A program made the position numbers and the translations under genes. Shown here in pieces: positions 49,430 to 60,387 of a DNA stretch of 64,000 bases. Under the pieces are notes generated by a model. The model was not told the DNA's origin and did no database searches. It saw nothing but the letters and a program-made list of their open reading frames with translations. Position 1 is the stretch's first letter. Every line of letters starts with the position of its first letter. This DNA comes from Selaginella moellendorffii (taxonomy: Eukaryota > Plantae > Lycopodiophyta), in assembly GCF_000143415.4 (NCBI RefSeq), contig NW_003314266.1, positions 2,246,486 to 2,310,485 on the forward strand, given 5' to 3'.

Positions 49430-51667
49430 ATGGTATGTGTTCTTGCCCAAAAGCCCTGTGTTCCTCTTGGCCAAGAACACGAAGATCGCCACGATGAGGT
49501 CTCTATCCTCGCCAAGATCGTTCGGCAGTGTGGATCCAGCCACGATCTCGACGCAGGCAAGCGCATCCACGCGCGGATCCGGCGAAGCCGTCACTGCCGT
49601 GACAAGCTCCTCGCCAATCTCCTCGTGGAGATGTATGGCAAATGCGGGTGCCTGGATCACGCGAGGATGGTTTTCTCAGGGATTCGCCGCCCCAATTCCT
49701 TCTCCTGGAGCGCGATGATCGGCGCTTGCGGATCAAACGGCTGCGTGGACGAGGCCAAGAAGATCTTCGACAGCATTCCAGAGAAAGAGAGGACTGTGGC
49801 GTCGTGGAATTCGCTCGTTTTGGCCTACTGCGAGGAGGATGGGGATTTGAGCAGGGCGAAGGAGATCTGGGAAGAGATGCCCGAGAGGGATGAGAGATCG
49901 TGGGGGATCATGCTTGCGGCTTATGGCCAGAGAGGGCATTTGTTGAAAGCGGAAGAGATGTTCTCGGATTTGCCACAGGAGAACCTTGTCTATAAAACGA
50001 TCATGATCACTGCGTATACCCGAGCTGGTCGCGTTGATCGAGCGCTTGAGATCTTTGAATCGATTGAAGATCCCAGTAGCGTCTCTTGGACTGCTATTGT
50101 CGCTGCATTTGCCCAGAACGGGCAAATGTATAAAGCTAGAAATTTCTTCGAGAGAATGCCAGAAAGGACTCCGATCGCTTGGAACACAATGATCTCTGGG
50201 TTCTCCGATCAAGGAAACGCTGTTGACGCGAAAGAATTTTTCGATCGAATGCCTCGACCAGATGTTGTCTCGTGGACAACGCTGATGACAGCATTTGCCC
50301 ATAACGGGGACTTGCTAGAAGCTCGAGAGATCTTCGATAAAATGCCACTTAAAAACGTTGCGTCGTGGAACGCGATGATTGGAGCCTACACGCAAGACGG
50401 ATCGCTCGAAAGCGCGAGAAATCTCTTTGATCGGATGCCGAAAAGGAACATCCAGTCGTGCAATGCAATGATCTCGGGGTATGCCCAACACGGGCATGTC
50501 GATCAAGCCAGGCAGCTCTTCGATCAAATGGAACGCCACACACTCGTCTCGTGGAACGCGATGCTCGCGGCTTATGCTCATTCCAGTCTCTACGATCTCG
50601 CGGTCGAGTTCTTCCACTCGATGCCCCGCAAGAACATTGTTTCGTGGACGAGTTTGCTCAGTCTCCACGCCAACCGTGGCGACTTAAGCTCCGCGCGGGC
50701 GATCTTCGACTCGATGCCCGAGAGGAATCTCTGTTCGTGCAATGCGATGCTCGCCGGATGTGTCGCCAATGGATCTATGGAAGTGGCGAGGGAGATTTTC
50801 GAGGAGATGGCTCTCAGGAACGAGGTGTCGTGGAACACTATACTGGATGGCTACTCCAAAGCTGGAAATCTGGAAGAAACGAAGTGGATGTTTGATAGGA
50901 ATCCTCGTCCTGGCGCTGTTTCGCTGGTGGCTCTGATCGAAACGTACGCTCACCACGATCGACTCGACGACGCTCGCGACTTTGTCCAGCAGTTCATGCA
51001 AGCTGGAGAGAATTGCGTGGTGTGGACGGCCCTGGTCACGGCTTTCTCTCAGCACGGACGATCGATTCAAGCAAAAGAGCTCTTTGACCAAATTTCCGAG
51101 AAGACCATCGTCTCCTGGAACGCGATGGTGGCAGCCTACGCTCAAAACGGGCATTTCCAGCGGGCGAAGAAGCTCTTTGACGAGCTCCCCGAGCGGAGTA
51201 CCTCGTCCTGGAACTCGATAATCGCCGCAAACTCGACAGATGGTCGCTGGAAATTCGCTCTCGAGCTCTTCCACTCCATGACTCTGGATGGAGTCCGAGC
51301 CGACGACATAACTCTGCTGTGCGTTCTCTTCGCGTGCAGCCACTCGGGATTGCTGGGAGTTAGCAGGAACTTTTTCCGCTGCATCTCCAAGGACTGGGAT
51401 GCTCTCCCTACTTTGCAGCACTACCACGCCATGATAGATCTCCTTGCGCGGTCTGGTGAAGTTGGAAGATCGCAAGAGCTTGTGGAAACAATGCCTTACG
51501 TTTCGAGTTCTATTGCTTGGGCGAGTTTACTGGGATCATACAGGACTCAAGGAGGCGATCACAGGTCTCTAGCAAAGCTCGCATCAGGGCATGTAACTAG
51601 AATAGAAGCCGGAAAGGCTGGAGCATACGTTTTACTCTCAAATACTATATTCTCTACATATAACTAA
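49430..51667 (+). CDS. PLS-class PPR protein with E domain
   Basis: 745-aa ORF of PPR repeats and an E domain (HYHAMIDLLARSG..WASLL..YVLLSN). The true start may differ. Confidence 0.9.
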   Translation: MVCVLAQKPCVPLGQEHEDRHDEVSILAKIVRQCGSSHDLDAGKRIHARIRRSRHCRDKLLANLLVEMYGKCGCLDHARMVFSGIRRPNSFSWSAMIGACGSNGCVDEAKKIFDSIPEKERTVASWNSLVLAYCEEDGDLSRAKEIWEEMPERDERSWGIMLAAYGQRGHLLKAEEMFSDLPQENLVYKTIMITAYTRAGRVDRALEIFESIEDPSSVSWTAIVAAFAQNGQMYKARNFFERMPERTPIAWNTMISGFSDQGNAVDAKEFFDRMPRPDVVSWTTLMTAFAHNGDLLEAREIFDKMPLKNVASWNAMIGAYTQDGSLESARNLFDRMPKRNIQSCNAMISGYAQHGHVDQARQLFDQMERHTLVSWNAMLAAYAHSSLYDLAVEFFHSMPRKNIVSWTSLLSLHANRGDLSSARAIFDSMPERNLCSCNAMLAGCVANGSMEVAREIFEEMALRNEVSWNTILDGYSKAGNLEETKWMFDRNPRPGAVSLVALIETYAHHDRLDDARDFVQQFMQAGENCVVWTALVTAFSQHGRSIQAKELFDQISEKTIVSWNAMVAAYAQNGHFQRAKKLFDELPERSTSSWNSIIAANSTDGRWKFALELFHSMTLDGVRADDITLLCVLFACSHSGLLGVSRNFFRCISKDWDALPTLQHYHAMIDLLARSGEVGRSQELVETMPYVSSSIAWASLLGSYRTQGGDHRSLAKLASGHVTRIEAGKAGAYVLLSNTIFSTYN

Positions 51668-51959
51668 ATTCACTTTTCAATTTTCTCATGGATTTCATGC
51701 ATGATAGATTCTGAATATAATCAAATGCATAGTTCTAGTCCAGGTATATTCTATTCCACATTGCTGTAGCTCTAACGGTGCCAAGGCCGCGAGGTTCAAG
51801 TCAACCGAAACTTCCCTGGTCTTGTCTCGCTGAAAAACAGATCTATAAAAACCTCACGCTTTGATATGATCGATAAACTCAAAGGGAATTTGAAGCTCCA
51901 CTCGAAGTTTTCTTCTCCGAGTTTTCTAGCTCCAGTCACTTTAAAGTTTTCTGCAGAAA

Positions 51960-52175
51960 ATGGAGAGAGCAAGGATGGTTCATGTGGTTGTGATCTTGGC
52001 CGTGCTTCTTGTGTTTCTCCACGGCGCTGCTGCTGCCAGGCCCTTCCAGTCGCCGTCAAAACCAGCATCATCTCCAGCCATTTCATTAGGATCACCAAGT
52101 AGAATCAATTGTAACGAGAAAGAAGGAAGAACACCACCGGTAACAAAGGAAGGAAACCCAGCACATCACAACTAG
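51960..52175 (+). CDS. Putative small secreted peptide precursor (or first exon of a larger secreted-protein gene)
   Basis: Signal peptide followed by AARP, a Ser/Pro-rich spacer and C-terminal NPAHHN*. Confidence 0.45.
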   Translation: MERARMVHVVVILAVLLVFLHGAAAARPFQSPSKPASSPAISLGSPSRINCNEKEGRTPPVTKEGNPAHHN

Positions 52176-52996
52176 AAAGTATCTAGTCCTTGGAGGGCAA
52201 TTCCCAAGGCCATGCTTCTCACTTCGAAAGCTAATATAACAAGTTTTTGACCTCGAGAATCAAGGTGAAGTTGCAAACAATCCCTGGCTACTATACACTT
52301 GCCAAAAGTGAGGTCTGATTTTGTTAATTCGGACGAAACTTCTTTTGCGACCGCGAACGGCAATTCTTTCGTGACATCTCATTGAGGCCCTCGAAGGAAC
52401 TACAGAGAAATCAGCAGAGTCTCGTAATTGGATCCTAACCGACCAAAGACCCGAATTCATTGACCATAGACCATAGACATTATTATAATTGACCGCGGAA
52501 CAACTGTAGATGCCGGAATCAAATCCGTGCCATTGACAAGCATTCAAAGTGGAGCGACATTTCCCCGCTATATAAGCCCCAAGTTTGCACAACAACCCGA
52601 AAGTGAGAGGAGAGATCAGGAATGGTTCATGCGATTGATGCTGCTACCAAGCCATTACTTGAAGTGTTTAGTATCGACTACTTGCTCCAGCCAATTTTTT
52701 CAGGATAACAAGGTAAGATCACACCCAGCTACAACGAAAGATAATCTGAGCACAGCCTAAGGCGGTGCCAAACTTTTCATCTGATATAATCAAAATTTTC
52801 TTTGTCTCCACAAACCCGTGGATAGCTACCAGGAGGAATTCGATGGCAACGCCACAGCACCATGCAGCGATTTCGTGGACGAGGAGCTACGGCGCGAGAT
52901 TCTCAAGTACGGCCATGTACAGGAAATGGGACAGCTTTCTCTAGTAGATTTGTTTAGTATTAATTATTAGTGGAAATATAATAAATTGTTACGGCT

Positions 52997-53247
52997 TGGT
53001 TTGCTTAATGGTAGTTTTATAATCTAATTGATCAAATAAAGTTTATAATTATAAGCATGTTTGTAATTTATAAACACAAGATTAATCTTATTGCATATCA
53101 AGATGATAAAATAAAAAAGAATATACTAGAAAGAGTTTAAGAAAATTTATAAATTATAAATACAAAATTAATCTAAATGAATAACAACCGTTAGATGGTA
53201 GAATATCCTAGAATATTCAAACATATTCTAGATATATAAGCAAACCA
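52997..53247. mobile_element. AT-rich MITE-like repeat with 11-bp TIR
   Basis: TGGTTTGCTTA (52997) and TAAGCAAACCA (53237). The interior is homologous, inverted, to 25590-25820. Confidence 0.55.
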
Positions 53248-53481
53248 TTTAAATAATATTTAAATATATTCTAGATATATTCACTACCACTGTCTTACAC
53301 AAACCAAAAGTATTTTAGTATATCTTATCATTGATTGAGTTTATAAAATTATTTACATTCTTCTCCTTGGGTTCAAAAAGATTTAAAATTTATAATTTTT
53401 TTTAAAAAATAACACTATTTATTTACTTACCATCAAAGGACTGAAGAACAACTGTTAGCTTATTCAAGCATTTAGTGGCTT

Positions 53482-55111
53482 TTACTTGACGGAAGGATAC
53501 GTACACACACCATAGCCTGCAAGAACACAAGAAACCAAAGCCTCGTTCAAGCAAAACGAAGAAAAGGAGCGAGGATGGAAAACTCACTTGGATCCGAGAG
53601 AGTGAGCATCGCCGTGTTCCCAAAGTAGCAGTTCCACTTGTTCCCCCCGTGCTTGACGAAGTAGCTGTTGAACGCGTAGGAAGCATGCGATGGAAGATCA
53701 TTCGGGTAGAAGCACTGCGCTCCAAACTGGATCGCAGTGCAATCCGCAAGACCCTCGCCGCAAGCGTAATTCAGCGCCACCAGCAGCGAGTTCGCATCGG
53801 CATTCGGCTTGGCGACGCACCACACCGGACCGGGACCTCCGGGTCCAATCCCGGGGTTGTTCGGGGGACCGGGATCCGCCGCTGGAGAAGCCGGAGCCGG
53901 GGGACTCGACGCCGGAGTGGTGGTGGAGTTTGAGCTCGAGTTTGTCGCGGGAGAGCCTGTGCTTGGAGCTGCCGCTGTGGTTTTCATCAAGCCGATGTCG
54001 TAAGACAGCGTTCCATCCGGCCGGAAGATGCCGAAGTTCCTCTCGGACGTCGGCCCCGGCTTGAGGTCCTCGTTGAAGAGCGAGAAGATGTAGGCCTCGA
54101 GCGGGACGCGAGGCCGGGCCGGAGTTCCCACACCCGAGTTGACGAAGGATATGAGGTTCCTGTTGTAGTTCATGGCGTTTTGGACGCTGACACCCGGCTC
54201 GCTCACGTCCCCGACCGACGGCCACCCCGTCTCGGACACCGAGAGCTCCATGTTTGGGAAGCCGAGCTTCTCCATGGCGAAGTAGACAGCGTCCAGCTGT
54301 GCCGAGAGGAGGTTTGTGTAGACGAGGCCTGTTCGTGGATCCGCAAAGCCTCCGTTTGGAAGGAAGAGAGCGTATGGAAGCGAGATGTCGGACGGATTGT
54401 TCCTGTAGGCGAAGTAAGGATACGCGTTGATCATGAGCGGCGCTTTGGTGAGCGACAGGAACTGAAGCACGGACTTGAGCGCGGTGTCGACGATCTTGGA
54501 CTTGAAAATTCCGCTGGATGGAGGAAACGAGACCGAGAGGATGCCGAGCGACTGTGGCGACGTGACTTTCACCTGGTCGTCAGCTTTGAAACCCACGAGC
54601 GCGTTGTGGAGGTTTTGCATTGCCGGGAGGAGCACGGACGCTAGCTGCTGCTCGCTCGTGGTGAGAACCTCGTTGCCGACGCTGATATACTTGATCTTCG
54701 TCTTTGGGAGGTGCTGGACGACGTTCTTGGACACCCAGGCGTTTGCGAAGCTCGGGCTTCCCAGCCTCGGGATCTCCTCGTTGGTCACACCGATCACCAC
54801 CTCGACGCCGGTGTCCGAGAGCGCAGAGAGCATGGCCGAGTCTGCGTCGTAGAGCTTGAGTTTCCCAATGGACGACGACTTAAGAAGCTTGACAACTTCC
54901 CCTGGAGGAGAAAGGTTGTCAGCCAGGCTTCCATAGTTGACGCCTATGGCTGCCTCCGCTGATAGAACGAACAAGAACGAACGGTCTCAGACTCGGCCAA
55001 GAGAAAGGAAAAAACCAACATACCTGACGATATGCTACTCGCAAACACCAGCCACAGAGCAACGAAGAGCATAGCCACCTTGTTCTTCTTCCCGATGGTT
55101 CCAATCACCAT
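53482..55111 (-). CDS. Beta-1,3-glucanase (GH17) with X8/CBM43 domain, 3 exons
   Basis: IGVNYG, VGNEV, NAYPYFAY, SETGWPS, SERNFG; Pro-rich linker; WCVAK..YACG..CFYPN..DPS/YGVCTYP*. The start is either 55111 or 55072. Confidence 0.92.
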
Positions 55112-55700
55112 CTTCTTCTTCTTCCTCCTCCTCCTCGCCTTCTCGTTCTTCGCATTCACCTCGCAATGCCCCCCGAGGAGAAAAAAAATGCCACCTTTGC
55201 AAAAGTAGTAGCAAAGGCTCACAACGTACGACACTGCCGCTGCCAACATCCCAGAGCCTCTTTTCTCGTCATTCTTTCTTTCCAGTAACCGGTATTAAAG
55301 TTCCAAGCTCCTCGTCTCTTGCAGCGCACAAATCTATGCTCCTTTTCGTCCAAATTTGATAGCGACATGTCGCTAAAGCTTCTCCCTCCTTTAAACCCAG
55401 AAGCTTTTCTTCCTCTTCCGCTTCGCTTTGGCAGAAAAAAGAGGAAGAAAGGCGACCGCGAAGTCGACCCGACAGCGGCAGGCAGAGATCTGGCGCTTGT
55501 TCGCTGAGACACGCACCAAATTTCTGGGAAATCCGGTGACCTATCCATCGCCGAATTTATCTGTACCTGCGTTGCCGCTCACTCCATCGTCCCAGGGCAT
55601 GAAAATCGTCGCCTACCAAATCGCCCAAGAGCTCGAGCCCTAAACTCAAAGGCGGGTAATTTAAACATATTTTTGGAGGGAAATTTAAAATCCACCCAAC

Positions 55701-57764
55701 CTAAGTGGCGGGAATTTGAATGCTGTGGAGAAGCACGTAAGGCGCGGAGTTCTTGGCATCGAAGCTAAACGCTTGCCTGGCGGCGTGCTTGGCGAGATCC
55801 GGGTTTCCATGGATCTTGCAGGATCCCACCAACGTCGTCCATGAAATCCCATCTCCGGATTGCTGCTGGATCATCTCCCGGGCCCTGTGGAGCTGCCCAG
55901 ATCGCCCCAGGATATCGACTAGGGCTCGTCGATGTTCCAGGGTCTCCTCGATGCCGTAGTCCGATCGCATCGATTCCAGGCAGCTGGAGCAGCGATCAAC
56001 CATCCCGGCGTGGGCGCAGGCCGTGAGGACGCTGCTGAAGGTCACATCGCTGGGTTCCAATCCCTCCATCGCCATCGCCAGGAAGAGCTCCAGGCTCGAA
56101 GCATGGTGCCCATTTAGCGCGTAGACGGCGATCATCGCGTTCCACGATATGAGATCCCGCCACGGCATTTGATCAAAGAGAGCTCTCGCCGATTCGATCC
56201 GGCTGTTCTGCCCCAATCCAGCGATGAGCGCGTTCCAGGAGACGAGATCGCGGCACGGCATGGCGGCGAAGAGCGCGATCGCGGCATCGAAGTGGGCGAA
56301 ATGGGCGTAGCCAGCAATCAGCGACGTCCACGACACCACATCCCAGTGTGGCATTCGATCGAAGAGCTCTTGCGCTTCGTGGAGCCTCCCTGCTTGTGCC
56401 AGCGCGGCCACCATCGCAGTGGAGAGGATCACGTCTCGGCTAGGAGAAGGGAATCCCTGATAGAGCTCGATCGATTCTTCCAAGAGTCCGATCTGGGCGT
56501 ACGCCGCCAGGAGCGCCGTGGTCGCCATCGCGTCGCGCTCGGGCATTCGATCCAGCAGGCTCCTCGATTCCTCCAGCTCCCCGTGCTGGGCATAGCCCGC
56601 GACGATGGTGTTCCAGGAGATTTGATCCCGCCGCGGCATCCTCTCGAACAGATCCCTCGCGCTCGCGAGATCCTGGCGCCGCGCGTAGCCGGAGATCATC
56701 GCGTTCCAACTGACGAGATTGCGCTGCTCCATTGCATCGAAGAGAGCCCTGGCGCCAGAAAGATCGCCACTCTCGCACAGCCCAGTGATCACTGCATTGC
56801 ACGACACGATGCAGTGTCGTGGCATTCGATCAAACATCGCCATCGCCTCGCCGATTCGATCGTTCTGCGCACACGCCGACAGCATCGCCGTCCAGGAGAT
56901 CAAATCGCCATAGGGCATCTCGAAGAACACGCGCTTCGCATCTTCCAGATGCCCATTCTGGGCATATGCCGCAAGCATGGTGTTCCAGGAAACTATATTC
57001 CTCTCCGGCATCCACTCAAACACGTATCGCGCTTTCAGGATATTCCCGTAATGCCCGTGTGCCGCGATCATAGCCGTCCACGAAACGACGTCGCGAAAAA
57101 CCATACGCTTGAATATGCCTAACACGGTTTCCAGATGCCCGGCATCGGCATTTGCTGCAAGGAGGGCATTCCACGCTACTAAGCTGTGCTCCGGCATCTT
57201 TTCCAAAAGAGAATCTCCCACTGCAAGATGCTTGTTCTCTACGCACCCGCAAATCATCGCGTTCCACGTGGCAACGTTCCACGCCGGCATGCCATCGAAG
57301 ATTCTTCTAGCCTCGTCAAGATACCCGGCCTGGGCATATGCTCCGAGCATCGTGTTCCACGTCACCACGTCCCTCTCCTCCATCTGATCAAAGAGATCCC
57401 GGGCGTCCGCGAGCCGTCCATTTTGGATATACGCTGCCATGAGAGTGTTCCAGGAGACGAGGTTTCTCACTGGAGGAGGAATCTCTCTAAAGACACGCTC
57501 TGCGTTGCGGAGATCTCCATTTTGCGCGTAGCCGGACATCATGATGTTCCACGAGAAGGCATTGCGAGCTTGGATGCTGGAGAAGACCTCGAATGCTTGC
57601 TCCAAGCTCCCACACTTTGCGTACATTTCCACCAGGAGGTTCTTGAGCAAGAGATTGTTCGCGAGATCGCTGCGCTCCACCTGAGCGTGAACCTCTCTTC
57701 CGCCGGACAAATCCTTGCAATCCCGGCAGCGAGTTATGCGCTGCGCAAATTCCTGGAGCGCCAT
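55701..57764 (-). CDS. PLS-class PPR protein with E domain
   Basis: About 690-aa ORF of PPR repeats and an E domain (VDILGRSG..WTTLVGSC..YVLL). A 5' targeting exon may be missing. Confidence 0.9.
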   Translation of the reverse strand: MALQEFAQRITRCRDCKDLSGGREVHAQVERSDLANNLLLKNLLVEMYAKCGSLEQAFEVFSSIQARNAFSWNIMMSGYAQNGDLRNAERVFREIPPPVRNLVSWNTLMAAYIQNGRLADARDLFDQMEERDVVTWNTMLGAYAQAGYLDEARRIFDGMPAWNVATWNAMICGCVENKHLAVGDSLLEKMPEHSLVAWNALLAANADAGHLETVLGIFKRMVFRDVVSWTAMIAAHGHYGNILKARYVFEWMPERNIVSWNTMLAAYAQNGHLEDAKRVFFEMPYGDLISWTAMLSACAQNDRIGEAMAMFDRMPRHCIVSCNAVITGLCESGDLSGARALFDAMEQRNLVSWNAMISGYARRQDLASARDLFERMPRRDQISWNTIVAGYAQHGELEESRSLLDRMPERDAMATTALLAAYAQIGLLEESIELYQGFPSPSRDVILSTAMVAALAQAGRLHEAQELFDRMPHWDVVSWTSLIAGYAHFAHFDAAIALFAAMPCRDLVSWNALIAGLGQNSRIESARALFDQMPWRDLISWNAMIAVYALNGHHASSLELFLAMAMEGLEPSDVTFSSVLTACAHAGMVDRCSSCLESMRSDYGIEETLEHRRALVDILGRSGQLHRAREMIQQQSGDGISWTTLVGSCKIHGNPDLAKHAARQAFSFDAKNSAPYVLLHSIQIPAT

Positions 57765-57947
57765 TGCTTTGATCACTTGGAACCAACTTTGGATCCATGA
57801 CCCCTGTAACTTTCACAGGAAAAATCGTTAAGAAGCTCGCAAGTTTTAACTAACTCCTACTTCAAATAAAACTTAGAAAAAACGCTACAAACGAAGACTT
57901 AGAAGAGATAGAAACTTATCTATGAGAGTACGTAGTAAGAGATCATA

Positions 57948-59202
57948 CTACTCGGCGTGAAAGACTGGCCCCTGTTTGATCAAGCAAAGTGAGCTGCGAA
58001 GAAAACGTAACGGAGGCAATACGTACCGAGAGGGTATATCGTTCGTATGTGTGAACTAGCTTGTCATACTTGAGCGTCCAAGCTTCCGTGAGCTTCTTCT
58101 CCTTCATCTCCGCGTCTCTCTCGAGATTGGACACCAGCTCGCTATAGTCCTGCTCCACCTTCTGTAAAAACTGCTTTTTCTCCTCCTTGAGAGCTTTCAC
58201 TCTGGCGTCCACCTCCTGGATCTTCTGGCGCTGCTTCTCGGCCTTCTCACACTCCAGCTGCTGCTTGAGTTCCTTGAGCTTCGAGCTGATCCCCTTCTTC
58301 TGCTGAATCCAGTTCTCTCGCTGCTCTCTCAGCTCCTTGAAAAGCTCAAACATTGACAGATTCGAGCCTTCGTTGTTGTCGCTTGATTCGGAAGCTGGAT
58401 CCAGGCAGTCGAGCCCCTCGTCGGCTGTCCGCGAAGAGGACAGAGACAGCGACGATTCAGTGAGCGTCGAGGCGATCTGGATCTCCAGCTTTTTCGGGAT
58501 CCACTTTGGCATAGTCATGCCAGAAGTCGCCACCACCTCCATTGGGAACTGCTTCTGAAAGGTCGTAGACGGCCCCAGAGTGAGCAGCGTTTCATCCCCG
58601 GACAAAGCCTCGGTGGTGGTAACTCCAGACGCATTGTTTCCAAAGTGATCCTGGCATACTGTCGGCGGCCCGCATATGTCATTCGCATCTGGTGTCGACG
58701 TAGAAAACGCAGGAGCCCCGTTGACGCAGAGATCAGGCGTGCTCGAAAGGAAAGGCCTCGAGAAACCCGGACCTAGAGCTTGAAGATGCATCGTTTCCGT
58801 GACCATGCTGTCACAGTTTCCCGTCGCTGCATGGGTGCTCAGCAACTTCTTCTTGTCCTTGATCAAGCGTTCCTTGTAAACCTCCCACCACTTGCCTAGG
58901 CGTTTAGCTGTTCGTCCCGGAACTTCGGCCGCAATGCGCTTCCATTTGTTGCCGTACTTGGTCTGGAGCTTGATGACAAGCTGCTGTTCTTCGTCTGTGA
59001 GAGGCCCCTTCTTGATCCCAGGTTTGAGATAGTTCTTCCACCTTTCGTGGCACGACTTGGGATCTCGGTCGAGCGGTTCACCCATCCGCTCGGAGATGAG
59101 GTTCCAGTCGTCTGCCCCATACTGTGTCACGTAAGCGCATAGAATAGCGTCTTCCTCGGGCTGCCAGCGTTGTCTATCTTTCGTTGCGATTGACATTTTC
59201 AT
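57948..59202 (-). CDS. ARP: ARP (ASYMMETRIC LEAVES1/ROUGH SHEATH2/PHANTASTICA) R2R3-MYB
   Basis: DRQRWQPEED..KSCHERWKNYLKPGIKKG..GNKWKRIAAEVPGRTAKRLGKWWEV ARP signature and a C-terminal coiled coil. Likely 55-bp introns at 58026-57972 and in the 5'UTR at 59262-59208. Confidence 0.93.
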
Positions 59203-59649
59203 AAATCCTGAAAGAGTAAACAAATGCCACCATTTGTTTAGAAAAAAACATTGAGGCGTTACCTTCTCGTGCTGTCTTTTTGCAAAGGTTGACTACATCT
59301 TCAATAGAGAAAAGAAAGAACAGGAAAAAAAAAGAGAGAAAAAAAACCTGGCCAGCAGAAAAAAGAAAAGAGGAAAAAAGAAACAAGGAGACTAACGTGA
59401 ACTCCAGGACACTAAGGAACAAGAACAATCAAAGTCTACAGCCATTTTACCGCGATCTTTGATACTAAGAAGAAGATGACGAAGAAACGCCATAAACGAG
59501 AAAATACTGGCCAGGTGAACTTCGATGCGGATCACATACTACTATGCTCACCACTCAACGAGGAGAAAACGCAAAAAAACCACGACGAGTTTAGCTACCC
59601 GAGGACAAGACTATCGCACTTACTTCTACATCCATGGCTGGTCACGAAC

Positions 59650-60311
59650 TTAGCGGACTGCCATAGCTCCAACTCAAGCCAAGTTCTAAGTATATACACC
59701 AACAACGCGACGCAACATTGTTACACAAAAAACGCGAGCGATTTAGCGCATAGCCGCCATGACTGAGCAAGCAAGCACAACAGAATTTAACGACAGGCCA
59801 TGGTAAAAAAAACCCGAGGAAATTAGCGACTGAGAGACGCCATACTTTCGATTGTTTAAGGCAGGAAAAAAACCATGGAAAGAAACATCAACTTTAACGA
59901 AAGGCAAGCATCTTTTCTGTTCTTTCTTCTCGACTTTAGCGAGTGAAACGAGCCATGAGAATTGAGCTCAAGAACTTAGCGACAAGCTGCCATGGATGGA
60001 GCGAAGACGCTGTGACTTAACGAAACCCAGCCATGGAACACGCCGACTTAACGAATGGAAATGTCAAATCCAGCCATGGAACGCACCGACTTAACGCGTG
60101 ATAGACATGATCGGGGGGCAGGGTTAAGCAATTCTAGCGCAGCATGGCGAGATTTCACACACAGAGAGCTCTAGCGGCCGAGAGACGCCATAAGGAAATC
60201 CTTCCTCTAGCGGATTGCCACAGCCATAGAATGCAATGCAGATCCGGGGTTAGCGACACACAGACATGGCGAGCGGCGGATAATTGGAGAGATTTAGCGC
60301 AGTGGAGCCAT
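59650..60311 (-). promoter_or_regulatory. Array of 17 micro-uORFs upstream of ARP, 15 ending CGY(Arg)-TAR
   Basis: Read by hand. Every minus-strand ATG in the interval lies in a 3-10-codon closed ORF, and the ORFs do not overlap. Confidence 0.85.
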
Positions 60312-60387
60312 CTCGCTACACAGATTCAGGAAGAAGAGCTTATCTGCGAAGAAGATGAATCGCCGCACCAAAAGAAGCGCCACAGCC

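Noticed and set aside
59650-60311. TTAACG/TTAGCG repeats as MYB-binding sites or branch points
   Set aside because: Disfavoured but not excluded. All 15 motifs are in frame with an ATG at variable multiple-of-3 distances, which DNA-binding sites or branch points would not require.
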